The translations under genes were made by a program, and so were the position numbers. 64,000 bases of DNA from Rhizophagus irregularis (lineage: Eukaryota). The notes under the pieces are model-generated. The model saw nothing but the letters and a program-made list of their open reading frames with translations. It was not told the DNA's origin and searched no databases. Positions 52,571 to 64,000 of the stretch are shown piece after piece (position 1 is the stretch's first letter; each line of letters begins with the position of its first letter). Location: positions 3,348,001 to 3,412,000 of the forward strand of contig NC_089434.1 of the NCBI RefSeq assembly GCF_026210795.1. The letters run 5' to 3'.

Positions 52571-53324
52571 AGTTGAGCTCTATTGAAAAAAAGTGTATGG
52601 TCTTATTGGTCTAAAGTCAGGCAAATAAAACATTTATATAATGGACATTTTGTATGGAATAGAAAAAAACTTTTTTTTACAAAATTTATTGTAATCTAGA
52701 CAAAACAATGTTAATTTTTCTAAATACTAATTAGATAGTAATACTTAGTTTCAATTTTAGTTACATAATATACGTACATTATTTTCAATACTAAATAGTA
52801 AAATAAAAGAAAAATTGTCATTTATGAAATCTTATTACGTGCTTATTGAAAATTAATCGTGGAAATATTCTCTTTTATGCATTCACCAAAAATGTTTAGA
52901 TATAACCTTTATCAGTTCGTTTGATGCATTATATATGCCTGATGCATAACAATAACTGCACAGTAATGCAAACACCGCCCGGTTACACCATTATGCGCCG
53001 CCTATATTATATGATTTACCCAGCGTACCCTACAAAAATGTCACGAAACGGCCGGCATTAAGAAATTAAGAAATTAACTATGGGTCAAATAATGTGTGAC
53101 AAATAGGATTTCACACCTCGAAAAAATTCTCTGTCCCCCAGATACTTATAAAAAATGTAAAAAATGGAAACAAGGAAGGGTGTGACGCATGTGACAAAAG
53201 AGTCACGTGATTTTTCGTAGGTACCGACTGCGTATAACTGCGTATGAAACTTCGGAGCAAAAATGAATTGGGTGGTCCGTTATTTTTGCAAATAGCTGTA
53301 ATATGACCATGTTTTTCGCGATAC

Positions 53325-53477
53325 TTATGATGCATGTAATAAGTTTTTTATTACTACGTTCTCCGACTGCTTCTCTTCCAGTTTCGTGACTCTTTCAATA
53401 AGTTCAACTTTCTCGAACTCGAGCCCAGTTATCTTAGCCACATTTTCTTCTCTAAGTAAGGCAAGCTCGGATTCCAT
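53325..53477 (-). pseudogene. Coiled-coil N-terminal fragment (MESELALLREEN...)
   Basis: Heptad-like 50 aa segment ending abruptly next to repeat-like DNA. Confidence 0.4.
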
Positions 53478-54274
53478 AACACTTTTTATACAAGCGAAAA
53501 AAAATAATGCCAATCCTACACCTATTCTTCGGCAAGGATTTTCCCGATGTCTTTTCTGCGCATTTCAGGTGATCGATCTCACAAAGACTAATAATCTAGC
53601 TAATTGGGAACTTCATAAGATAAAGATTTTCTCAGGTGAATCAAAAGAATAAGCGCCTTCCCACTTTCCTCGTATTGAGACGGTTCACTTCAGTGAACGT
53701 ATCAGTATGATAAAAAAAATTCGAAATACTTTTTTATATGGTCAGGTGAAATGATTTATGTTTTTTTATTACTGGCATGCAAGCAAATTCTTGGATTTTG
53801 TATTGTGAAACTCGTTTCATACATGCAAAAAATATCGATACTTTATTCAATGAAATAAAAAATATTGCCGAAACAACAACTAATACATAAAAAATTGGCT
53901 CATTGGTTGCAAAAATAAAACATGTAAATACTTCCATTATCGGTACAATAAAATTACTTCGGTTATTTGTAATATGATAATTTGTTGAGAGGAAAAGCAT
54001 TTCTCCAATTCGAATATTTCGGACGAGCCAGCTACTCAGGTAGAATTAACCTTATGTTTAAGGAATGATAAATACATTTTGAAGAAAGTATTATTTTCCT
54101 TCATTATAATTATCTTCGCTATCTATATCATCAAATTCATCAAACATTATCGAACTTCATCTCATCCACTTCTTTCTCAAGGAAAAATGCATCTGGAAAA
54201 TGATAAAATAAAGGAATTGTACTATAGTTGTATGACTGTCACCAAATATTATACTTCATATAATGATTCATCTA

Positions 54275-54873
54275 TTAGATCCTTAAATGACAATACCTAC
54301 CTCTGTTTATTTGCTTAGCATTAGGATATTTCCCTATCATCAAGTTCTTTAGTTCCATCCATTGAGAATAACCATTGACATATAATTTCAAAGTGTTCGA
54401 ATTCGGCCTGAACCACCAGCTGAACAAATCTAGTTCTATGAAACATTCCATTAAATCATTATCATCAATTATATCTGTGTCCAGATTCATAATAGTGGTT
54501 TGTAACTCCATAGCTGTTTCATATTGAGGATTATCAATATGCATATTTTAAATGCGTGAGTCAACTCTTAGAAAGGGCCGATCACCGGCCCTAGGGTATG
54601 ACTCTAGTTTTTATATAAGAACATACCAGGCAACAATTCTTTCAGGTACATGAGTCTCTCATTGTAGTTATCATTTGGGATTGTGTTGAGAACATTTGAT
54701 ACAAGGTCTAAGAACTCTATATTATTCGAATTTTTAGTGAAAAATACGTGCAATTTAGCCCTCTCTGTTGATGGAAAACCCTCTTCATCGAGATTAAAGC
54801 TGAGCTGGTTAATCTCTTGATGAATAGTAATCACTTTTTCACTCCCTGTAGTTGAGCTAGTTGAGCTATACAT
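54275..54873 (-). CDS. Two-exon hypothetical protein, possibly a truncated pseudogene
   Basis: Two consecutive 89-codon ORFs on the same strand. Donor-like PG/gtatgt at the end of the first. Acceptor not confidently placed. Confidence 0.45.
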
Positions 54874-55808
54874 TTGGTTATTTGTATATTACAAACAGTC
54901 TTACAAGTTGTCCGAATAAGAAGTGATTTTATTTTTGCAGAAAGATATAAGAAATCGATTGTCGCACAGATTGATCTGACTCATCAGTTGAGATCTGATT
55001 AATTTATATATTTGTAATGTAATGATTTTAACGTTTTGTTTATTAAATATTTAGTTGCCATAAATATCTCTTTTTAAGCTTTACTGCTTTGAAGAAGAAA
55101 AATAATTGTAAATATGAATATTGATAATATATTCGATGTTGAAGACTTTCCAATTGAATTAGTAAATCCTGAATTTGAACTGTTTTATATAATTATTATG
55201 ACTTTATGAGTCAAATTTTATTATTATATAGCTGAATATTATTAAAGAAATAGAAATTTATAAGCTTATCTTCAAAGAGTATATTTGATATATTTATATT
55301 TTTTAACATAAAGCATTTATTAAAAAACCAAACATGTACGAAAATTCAAAATCGAAAATTTTTAAAGCATTCGTACGTACTAGTATAAAAAAATTTATCT
55401 GTTAGAAACGTACGTACGAACAAAAGTCCGCCCAAATTTGTATTACTGTACAGTACTACATTACTTAGTCAAATATGGTCAACCGTACGATTGAAAATTG
55501 AGTAACAGTAAATCATGATAAAAATGAGGAATTTTTTATGCAAACCTTATTAATCATTTCTTTCACATAAATTTTTTTGCTGATGAATTTGATTTTTTTT
55601 ACTTTTTTATTACTATTTTTTCGATATTTATATCGTCATAATAAAAGAGTCTATTTTATTATTAGTCGTGATGAGTTCAGAAAGGGTATATATATACCCT
55701 CAAGTTTTCTCAAAACTTTCCTTCTCTAAAAATTTTTTTTGCGCTCCTTTACATTCATTCTCCCAGTATTGAGCCTTATACTTGTGCTATCTTCAGCAAG
55801 AAATCGGG

Positions 55809-58030
55809 ATGGTTGACAGCAAAATGCTTGTAATATTAAATTGTATATTATTAGGAAGCACTTTATTTTTGATTCTTTTACGGTCGACGTTTATGATTAA
55901 AAACAATATTAATGGAGCTGAAGTCGCCTTTGGTAGTCTCAAAATTGAACACCTCAAGTTTCTTATCTATCATGAGATGAATAACCAAGTTTAATTATAT
56001 GAACATGGACCTTTGGAAGGCTGTTATTGCTCTCCGTGATAATCTTAAAGATATAAAGGACAAAATTAAAAATGTAGGCGAAAATTGATGCCTATCGACT
56101 ATTTTTCGAAATATTTTTCAGATAATAACGCAGCCAATAAAAATCTCATCATCGTACAAATGTCCGACGCTGCTAGTAAGTGTCTTACAATGTTTTACCT
56201 CTCGAATAAGAAATTTGCAGTTTCAAACAATAATAACCGATATTTTTCTCACTGTCCATTAGAGCTCGGGAGAAAAAGACCTATTACGGAAGAAGAAAGT
56301 AAGAAATATTGGCATCACATTTAGTTATTTATTCCATCGTTCTTACGAATTTTTTCTCTACAGCTATAAGAGCGGAAAGAAAATGGGCGGTTAATAGTGA
56401 AATTAATAGTGGAATTCTACAAGAGCGTCATATATTCTATTATTCTAATCTAGAGAGAAATGATATGAATCAGAAACGTGATGAATATGTAGCGCTTTAT
56501 GATGCACGGGCTTCTGGAAAGTCTACACTAGCGCATCTAATTAGGAGACAGTTGAAGGATGAAGGTTTTTATTAGCATTTAGTAAGTTCTAATTCTCTTT
56601 TAAGCTAGATGGTCATATTGCATGTAGTCTTAACTGCTGCTTCAATTTATTTTTTCTTGGAACAGTGTAAGTCTTGAGCAAGTTGATATAGAAACTGTGG
56701 AAAGATTCTGGATGGCATTAGGCTACTCTCTCATGCGAGATGCGTGACATCGATATCAAATCTGCCAGTTCTGTTTTCGGTCTATTAATGATTTGAAAAT
56801 AAATTCTGCCAATGATTTCAATGAAGTATTTAAAAAAGATATTGGAATAGTAGCTTTGTTCTCTTCATTGATGAGTTCGATAAAATGTATGAAGCGAATG
56901 AAGATGTTAGATCCTCGTGCCTGGAAACTTTTCGTGCCATGAAAACTCCAAATATAACCATTCTATCAGTGCTGTACCTTGCGTTTTGTTGATGGATTTA
57001 GCATATAGTCTAGATAAGTATCTCGATAAGGGAAAACAACATAATAATACACTTCAGATTATTACCTTTGATGGCGAAGAAGCCTTTAAATATTGGAGTA
57101 GTACCTGGTCTATTGTTACCATCGGCACCTTCAATATTCTACATCTAAAATCAGAAAAAAACTTCTACATCACCCTTTAATGTTTTTGAGCCATTCCAGA
57201 ACCCAATTTCACGTTTAATCAAGTGTGAGACTTATATAGAAAGTTTGCGACAGACTACGGTTTACCATTGATCAGGAGATCATCAAGGATGTCAATAATC
57301 AGACAAGCGGGTATATGAAGCTGATGAGTCACGTAAAATCAAAATCTAAAATTCATTTTCTGTTATTTGACAGGCATGCTGGCTTGTCTGCCTTTGCGGA
57401 CGTTCTATCCAGAATAAATTATTTGGAAAAATTGGCGAAGATAGCGTGCTTAGCTTTTCAAGTTGGTTAATCTTTACCATCAATTCATTGTAGAAGGAGA
57501 TACAATAGGCCACCTTAAGAAAAATGATCGAAACGCTTAGTAAAAACTAAAAAGGAAGCCAAGTCTATGTTCCTAGGATTTTTCGATTCAAAGACTCTGA
57601 AGAAATAAGAATTATTAATAATAAAATTTATTAAAATTAAAAAAAATTAATATCGAATTTAAGTTTTTCATCATCGGCATTTTTAATGAAAACCCAACCA
57701 TCTTCCTCGTTCGGCCAATCAGCACCTTTACTTGAATTACGGATTGTTGAAGAGAGAAGATTTTACGCAGAATTCTTGATAGCTGAAGGTGGAATGAAGA
57801 AGATTTAAAATGTCATCTGCTCTTGTGAATGGGCTGATTCAGCGATGAGTTATTCCTGATGTATATACAATTCTTCCCAGAAAGTGCAGTCCCTCTAAAA
57901 TGAAGACTTCCCGGTTACGAGGTTACTGGACAGTGGCATCTGGTACACAAATATAGCAATATAGTAATTATAACGGAGCATCAAAAAATTGCTCTAGAGC
58001 TTCTAGCCGCTGCCATTAAATATATTGTAG
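55809..58030 (+). pseudogene. Crinkler (CRN)-type N-terminus + P-loop NTPase pseudogene
   Basis: LNCILLG..DSFTVDV..LKIEHLKFLIY..DLWKA..KLMP..FSKYF..IIVQ is a CRN ubiquitin-like header. Walker A YDARASGKST (G>D), Walker B FVLFIDEFDK. Introns; many frameshifts and stops. Confidence 0.8.
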
Positions 58031-59029
58031 ACCAGGCTATACCATTACATTCTTAGTTGGCTTTTTATATACAAAAGTTCTTTGATGCTTATTAGTTTAT
58101 TAGCAATATTTGGGTTGGCTGTAAAACTATAAAATATAAAAGTGAGAGAATTCTTTATGTATTACAATTCATTATGATGTGCAATAAAAAAAATAAATAT
58201 AATGTAGTTTCGCATACGCATAGGTAAACTTTGGTAAACTTTATTAAATGCAAGTCCCAGCATCATATTATTTCTTTGCTCTCACAAGTATAAGAAAAAT
58301 ATTTATAACTAATTTATTTCTGTCGCTATTACTTACCACGAGATGGAATCGATTCTCACTCCCATATTCTTTCTTCACCTGAAATAAATTTCTATAAATA
58401 ATTCTCGTCTATTTAAATCACTCACAAATTCGGGTTTGTACAATTGGCATAACTATTATGCGATATCCATATTTTTTAAATCAAACAAGGATCTATCCCC
58501 ATCTCAGAGTCCAGTACAAGAAAGAAAATTTCTCTGAATTTTTCGCAAAAAATAATTTACAATGACAGCAGATAGCGATCCATTTAATGATTTCTGGGGA
58601 ATTTCATCACTGGAATCGGTTACCATTGTAGCTACATGAATCTGCAATAAATCGAGGATGGGAATGACAATATCGAGGATGGAAATGATAGAACCGAAAT
58701 TGTCAAGACAATGTTAAAGGTTACAGGCGTAATATAATTTGGGGTTCTCAACATGCTATATATGAATATTTATTTATTCATCGTATGGTGGAAATATTAT
58801 GATAAATAAATTAATGTAATCTTTCTTTAGTTCTAATGATTCTTTCTAATCATGCTAATATTAATTAAAAGATTTTATAACCTTCCGAAAATTATTATAG
58901 TGATTAAATTTATTTTTTATTGGTCAAAATGTTGACTCAATTGAATAATATACTACTTTAAATTTATATTAAATTTAGTCCTGCTTTGAAACTTGTGACA
59001 AAAACTACACATTTTAGATAATGTATATA

Positions 59030-59163
59030 CAGCCAACTCTTCCCTAAATGCATCCTCTGGTTCGGACCCAAACTTATACGATCTCTAATTATTTACTCTA
59101 TAAATGCACGCCCTCTCCAAATGCACTATTACAAAAATTATGTGCATTTATAGGAGTTGACTA
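59030..59163. mobile_element. Short Tc1/pogo-type MITE
   Basis: TA-cagccaactct..taaatgca / tgcattta..ggagttgacta-TA imperfect TIRs. Confidence 0.65.
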
Positions 59164-61330
59164 TATAATTTTTTAATTTTTTTTTTATCAAAATGTACAT
59201 TAAATCGACTAATAAATGGGGGGTTTTTCACGAGATCACGTGATCATAATCGTTAGTCTCTTATTTATTGAAAATAATTAAAAATAAAATACCTCCATTT
59301 GATTAATTAGCGTTGTGAATAGTTTCGACCGAAGAGTGAGGTCCCGTAGGGGATGAAGTTCTGGGTTCTATACACGCATATTAGTTATTTCGCATGAAAA
59401 TGCCATTTACTTTTATTTGTAATAGTCTTAGTTCTACTACTCTTTTAGAAATAAAATAAATAAATAAAAATAAAATACTTGTACATCAGAGTATATAAAA
59501 TTATATTAATCAATTCGCATAATTTTTTTGACAATTTTTTTTTTTCGAAATACCTATATCGTCATAAAAAGTCACCAATTAAAGAGTCTATTTTATTATT
59601 ATTAGTAACGATGTATCCAAGCAAATATATATTATATTCCCTCAACTTTCAAAAAATACTACCCCTAAAAAAATACCATAAAGATTCATTAGAATCGTCC
59701 GATCATGAGTTCAAGTTGGAATTTACTCCTTTATTTGCTTATTTGACATCAGAACGTTACTATTTTATATAAATGAAAAGAGCCCTTTGATCGAAAAATG
59801 TATCAGTATATTAGGTCCTTTACAACACCAAAACAAATACAAACAAAATTATCATTATAAAACAATAACAGCAGCTCATCAAAATCAGATTTACAAAGTT
59901 TATTTGTGAACGTCGAGTTTGTATTACAACATGATTCTGATCGGGCATGGTTCCTCGGTACCCTTAAAATCGGATTATTGATATTTATAAAGTATATGCA
60001 TATTCAAGTAATATTACAGATAAAAAGAATGTGTTAAATGAAAAAGCAATTTTTTTACGCTCATAAATTATAAAGTTCTTTTTTTTTTTACGGTTGATTT
60101 AATCACTTCACAAAATTCAGCTTTTGGATTTTCTGGCATAGGTTCATAATATCAGATAAAAATAATATGCCTAGGAAAATTCTTTATTAACGTAAAATTT
60201 ATATGTACAGTACACTGTGTATATATTAAAATAATAAATATATATTTATATATATGTATGTATGTATGTATGATTAACTAATAATATTGTTATTATATTT
60301 ATATTATTGTTTCACATTTGGCTCAAACAAGACATCTCCCGAGACGATCTTGACAATTAAACTCTAAGCTAAATGCGAAATTTTATCCCTGATTGTTTAT
60401 AACAAAGATGATAATTCCCTTTTAAAACCCGAAATTTATACGCCAATTTTTTTTTTTGTGTATTTTAAATTTACATAAATATATATTACAACATATATAT
60501 TTTTTATTTCCTATAATAGGTTGCATATTTAGTTATTTTGGTTGATTTTGAGTGCATTTAAAATGATTTTTTTTTATAAATAATAGGCTCTCGCACTTTT
60601 TTTTCACTTTCAACCTTCACTGTTCTATTTCCCTCCTTGTTTATCCATCAAACTTTTTGTTATTGCTTTGTGTTCGGTTTGAATTTATCTTGTAATCATA
60701 AAAAAAAAATTTTTTTTTTTTTTTTTTGCTTGTTTATCGTTTAATTAATAAATGATAACATTTTGAACTTTATTCCCTTCCAATCAATTTTTATCCGCAG
60801 TAATTCTTCTTTTTTCGTGGCTTTAGTTAATTTCTACTGCGCACAGCCTCAATTCTTCATCTATTTCTGTAAATATTTTCTTCATTCTGAAGTCGTTCTA
60901 TAATTCTCATACAGTCTCCTTTTTTTTTATATATATCATTTAGATTTTCGATAATAAACCACCAAATACGATACTTTTTAGTAGTCTTTTTTTAATATAT
61001 TTATTTCTCTCATACAAAACTAAAATAATAGGTACTTTTTTTTCTTTTTCATTTTTTTTTCCTTTTTCTTTTTCTTTTTCTTTTCTTTTTTTTTTTGAAT
61101 GAAAATTAATATATCATCACGTGAAAACACAGCACTCAAGTTTTGTGGGCGCGGTTTATGTCGATCTTCACCATATAAGGAACGACATTTAAGTGTCACC
61201 TGATCACGTGCAGCCACGAGTTCAAAAACATTAAGTATCTGAGGGACAGTTTTTTTTAGTGTCAAAAATTTATTTGTCACTCCCGTGATACAAAAAACCG
61301 CGCCCACAAAACCGGGGTGCGAAAACACAA

Positions 61331-63424
61331 ATGGATGACGTACAAGATGGTATTGACATAATAGTTCAAATAGATGACCCACGTGATCCGCAATCAAAAC
61401 GCGTATTAGCTAAATTAAATCCTGGAGAAAATTTATTAAATAATCGTAAAAAGCTTGAGCAAAATAGCAAAGTTAAAATGAATGATACATTTTCATTTAC
61501 AAATAAAGTCGGTCAAATCGATAACAACAATATTTTAGCTGAAATAGCAAAAGAAGATGAAGAAAGAATAATTTTAGAAAAAATTATAAATAAGGAAGAC
61601 AGAATTTTATATTTAAAGTCAGAACCTGATTGGAAATTTTTAAAGGATAGACATAAATTAGAATATGGGATTACTTTAACATTAGAAAAGGCTAATAAGA
61701 AAGCGTTTACAATAATGGAGGATTGTAAAATGACTGAAATTGTTGATGGTTGCAAATATAGTACAATTGAAATTGATTCGGAAGAGGATCAAATTATGAA
61801 AAATGATTTACTTTTAGCTGCGGACATTAACACAAAAGTTTTTGTAAATTTAAGTACATCATTTGAAAGATCTAAAATTACAAAATCTAATTGTAACGCT
61901 AATTTAGCTTGTACCATAAGTGAATATGGTAAAGCATCTTTAAAATTTAGATTGCAACCAGATGTAGAATTTATTAAAGAAGTAAAAGATGCTATAGAAT
62001 CTAAAGATCCTAGGAATTTTAAGAAAATCATTGAGGAATATGGTCAATTCATTCCAACAGAAATTACGTTGGGTGGAAGAGCTTATTTTAAGAGGTCAAA
62101 TATTTCAAGGCATTTTTCTGAAGAAAACCCTAAAAAACTTAATATAAGTACAGGTAGTCAAGGCTCAAATATCAAAATAGAAAGTAATACTGAAAATTTA
62201 ATCAATAATATTAATAATTCCAAACGTGAATGTTTTAAATTAGTTGGAGGGCAAAATCTTAATATTAATAATTTTGATGAAAAAGTTTGGGCAGAATCTC
62301 TAAAGGATTTCAGGTATTGGAGTTGCATAAAATTTAAGAATCCAATTAGCATTTTTCAACCTCTATCTGAAAATTTGCGTAAACAGATCTTATTATCAAT
62401 CGGAAAAAAAATACTTTATACTAATACTGAAGATCATAAGTATTTTTTAGTTGAATATGCAAAACCAAGAGTATTTGGATTAGACATACCAGAAAATATT
62501 TTAAAAATTATACAAAATAAAGATGCTGGTTGTAGCATCTTTGCAACGGTAATTGACAAAAAGGAAAAAGATATTTTTAATTGTCAAGTCATTTGGTCAC
62601 AAAATGAAGACCCAAGACTTGTAATTCACTGTATTCAAAAAAAATTTAAGCAACGTAAATGCAAATTGAGAATTAGTTGGATGGTTATTGGCTACGACTT
62701 AAATTTTGATCTTAGTCATTCAGAATTTAATATTCAATTAAAAGTTCAAAATGAATATTTTAAAGCAACAGGTCATCAAACCATAATTAAATCATTAGAT
62801 TTGGAAGATAATTCATCAGTTCTTTGTCTTGGAATCCCTGTACTAAGCAAGTTAAATTCTTCAAATGATTCTCTTGTCATTAATCATCATTTTTTTAATG
62901 ATCAAAATAATGAAAAAATTGGATTGCATGCATTTTCTTATTGTTTAGAAAAAAATCATTATGTAAATTTACCTGATTTTACTTTTACTATACTCATTAT
63001 TTCATCTTATCCTAATTCTGATGATTATGGAATATTACCCATTAAAAATAATAATAAGATAAGAAATCTTATTAATTCTATTAAACATAATCCATTAAAA
63101 CAGCAGAGACCAAAATTTATAAGTTTATATTCTATGGGAGAAAATTGTGGTTTAAATTTTCTAAAACAAAAAATTAATCAAATTAAAATAAAATCTATTG
63201 ATACTAATTGTGATCAAGAAGATTGTGTTTGTAAAAGTAAAAAAAAGAAATCGGAGATTAATCTGAAATACGCATTCTTAAATCCAATTGAGGTATTTTG
63301 TAATTTCTTTTATTATTCAATTCAATTGTTTGATATGATAACCTTGAAATTAAACCAAATATTTTATCCTCTCCTTTAGATTAAGACTGTGAAAAGAGAA
63401 TCACCTTGGCTACTAAGAAATTAA
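61331..63424 (+). CDS. Ubiquitin-like N-terminus + MACPF-like domain protein, ~668 aa (exons 61331-63292, 63380-63424)
   Basis: 654-codon open exon. EFIKEVKDAI..EEYGQFIPTEITLGGR..LVGG..WAESL..W..ISIFQPL resembles the MACPF signature (Y/F-G-x-H-x7-GG) region. 87 nt GT-AG intron at 63293-63379 gives the C-terminus IKTVKRESPWLLRN. Confidence 0.8.
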
Positions 63425-64000
63425 AATCTTTTTAATATTTAAAGTTTTATTATAATTAAGAAATTAATTTTATATAAACGAACCTAGAAGTAATTTAAAC
63501 CTAATCCCCTTTACATCTTGTATAAGTTATTTTACATATAAGGTTTTATTATGAAATTTTAGATTTACTTTATGACAAAAGAAATTAAGGAATTTATAAG
63601 GTTGTATTTAAAATTAAGGTTTTATACGTTTAAAATTTGATTGTTCGTTAAATATGTATTATACTGTACAGTATATATGTGTTATAGATTTATCATGTAA
63701 TGCTATTATGATATGTATGTCAATAAAATAATAATTACCGTTGAAACTTAAATATAAAATTAACGTTCATATCGGCGGATGATTCAACGTGTAATTTTGA
63801 TATTTTTGTTACACAAAGCATTTCATAAGGCGTAGTAAGATTGGGGATACAATAATTTGATAAATACTTCTTCTAAGCCAAAAATATAATAAATATGATT
63901 CTGTTAATATTGATAATATCCATTATGGGATCTCATTTTACACAATAATTTCTGGGATTTTTTTTTTTGTAAAATTAAAAGCGTATACGTTTTTACAATC

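Noticed and set aside
61020..62352. Minus-strand ORFs overlapping the MACPF-like gene or its poly-T upstream tract
   Set aside because: Antisense shadows of the long ORF; the poly-Lys tail derives from a T-rich tract.

Overview
Very AT-rich eukaryotic DNA with short GT-AG introns. Gene families and repeat style suggest an arbuscular mycorrhizal fungus (Glomeromycotina, Rhizophagus-like); this is inference, not a database result. The window is an accessory region dominated by pseudogenes and non-autonomous DNA transposons. Its core is a ~9.6 kb tandem segmental duplication (~15.9-39.2 kb, about 2.4 units, with further homologous pieces at 1-2.1 kb and 8.9-9.9 kb). A complete unit carries an intact 79-85 aa basic micro-protein gene, ~4.5 kb of motif-dense upstream DNA, a decayed lineage-specific gene, a DUF2283-like pseudogene and a three-domain gene (23070-24068, minus). 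I read that gene as an Ig/SKICH-like domain, then a colicin D-like tRNase domain, then a colicin D immunity (ImmD)-like domain: a toxin fused to its own immunity protein. It is interrupted by a single TGA and is the top finding. Also present are an intact ubiquitin-like + MACPF-like gene, pseudogenes of a Crinkler-NTPase, a kinase and a P-loop ATPase, a decayed P-element-like transposase, CACTA Tnp2 and LINE remnants, and many MITEs, several with empty sites in the window. All domain calls are by-eye motif matches and need HMM or structure confirmation. No rRNA, tRNA or CRISPR array was recognised.
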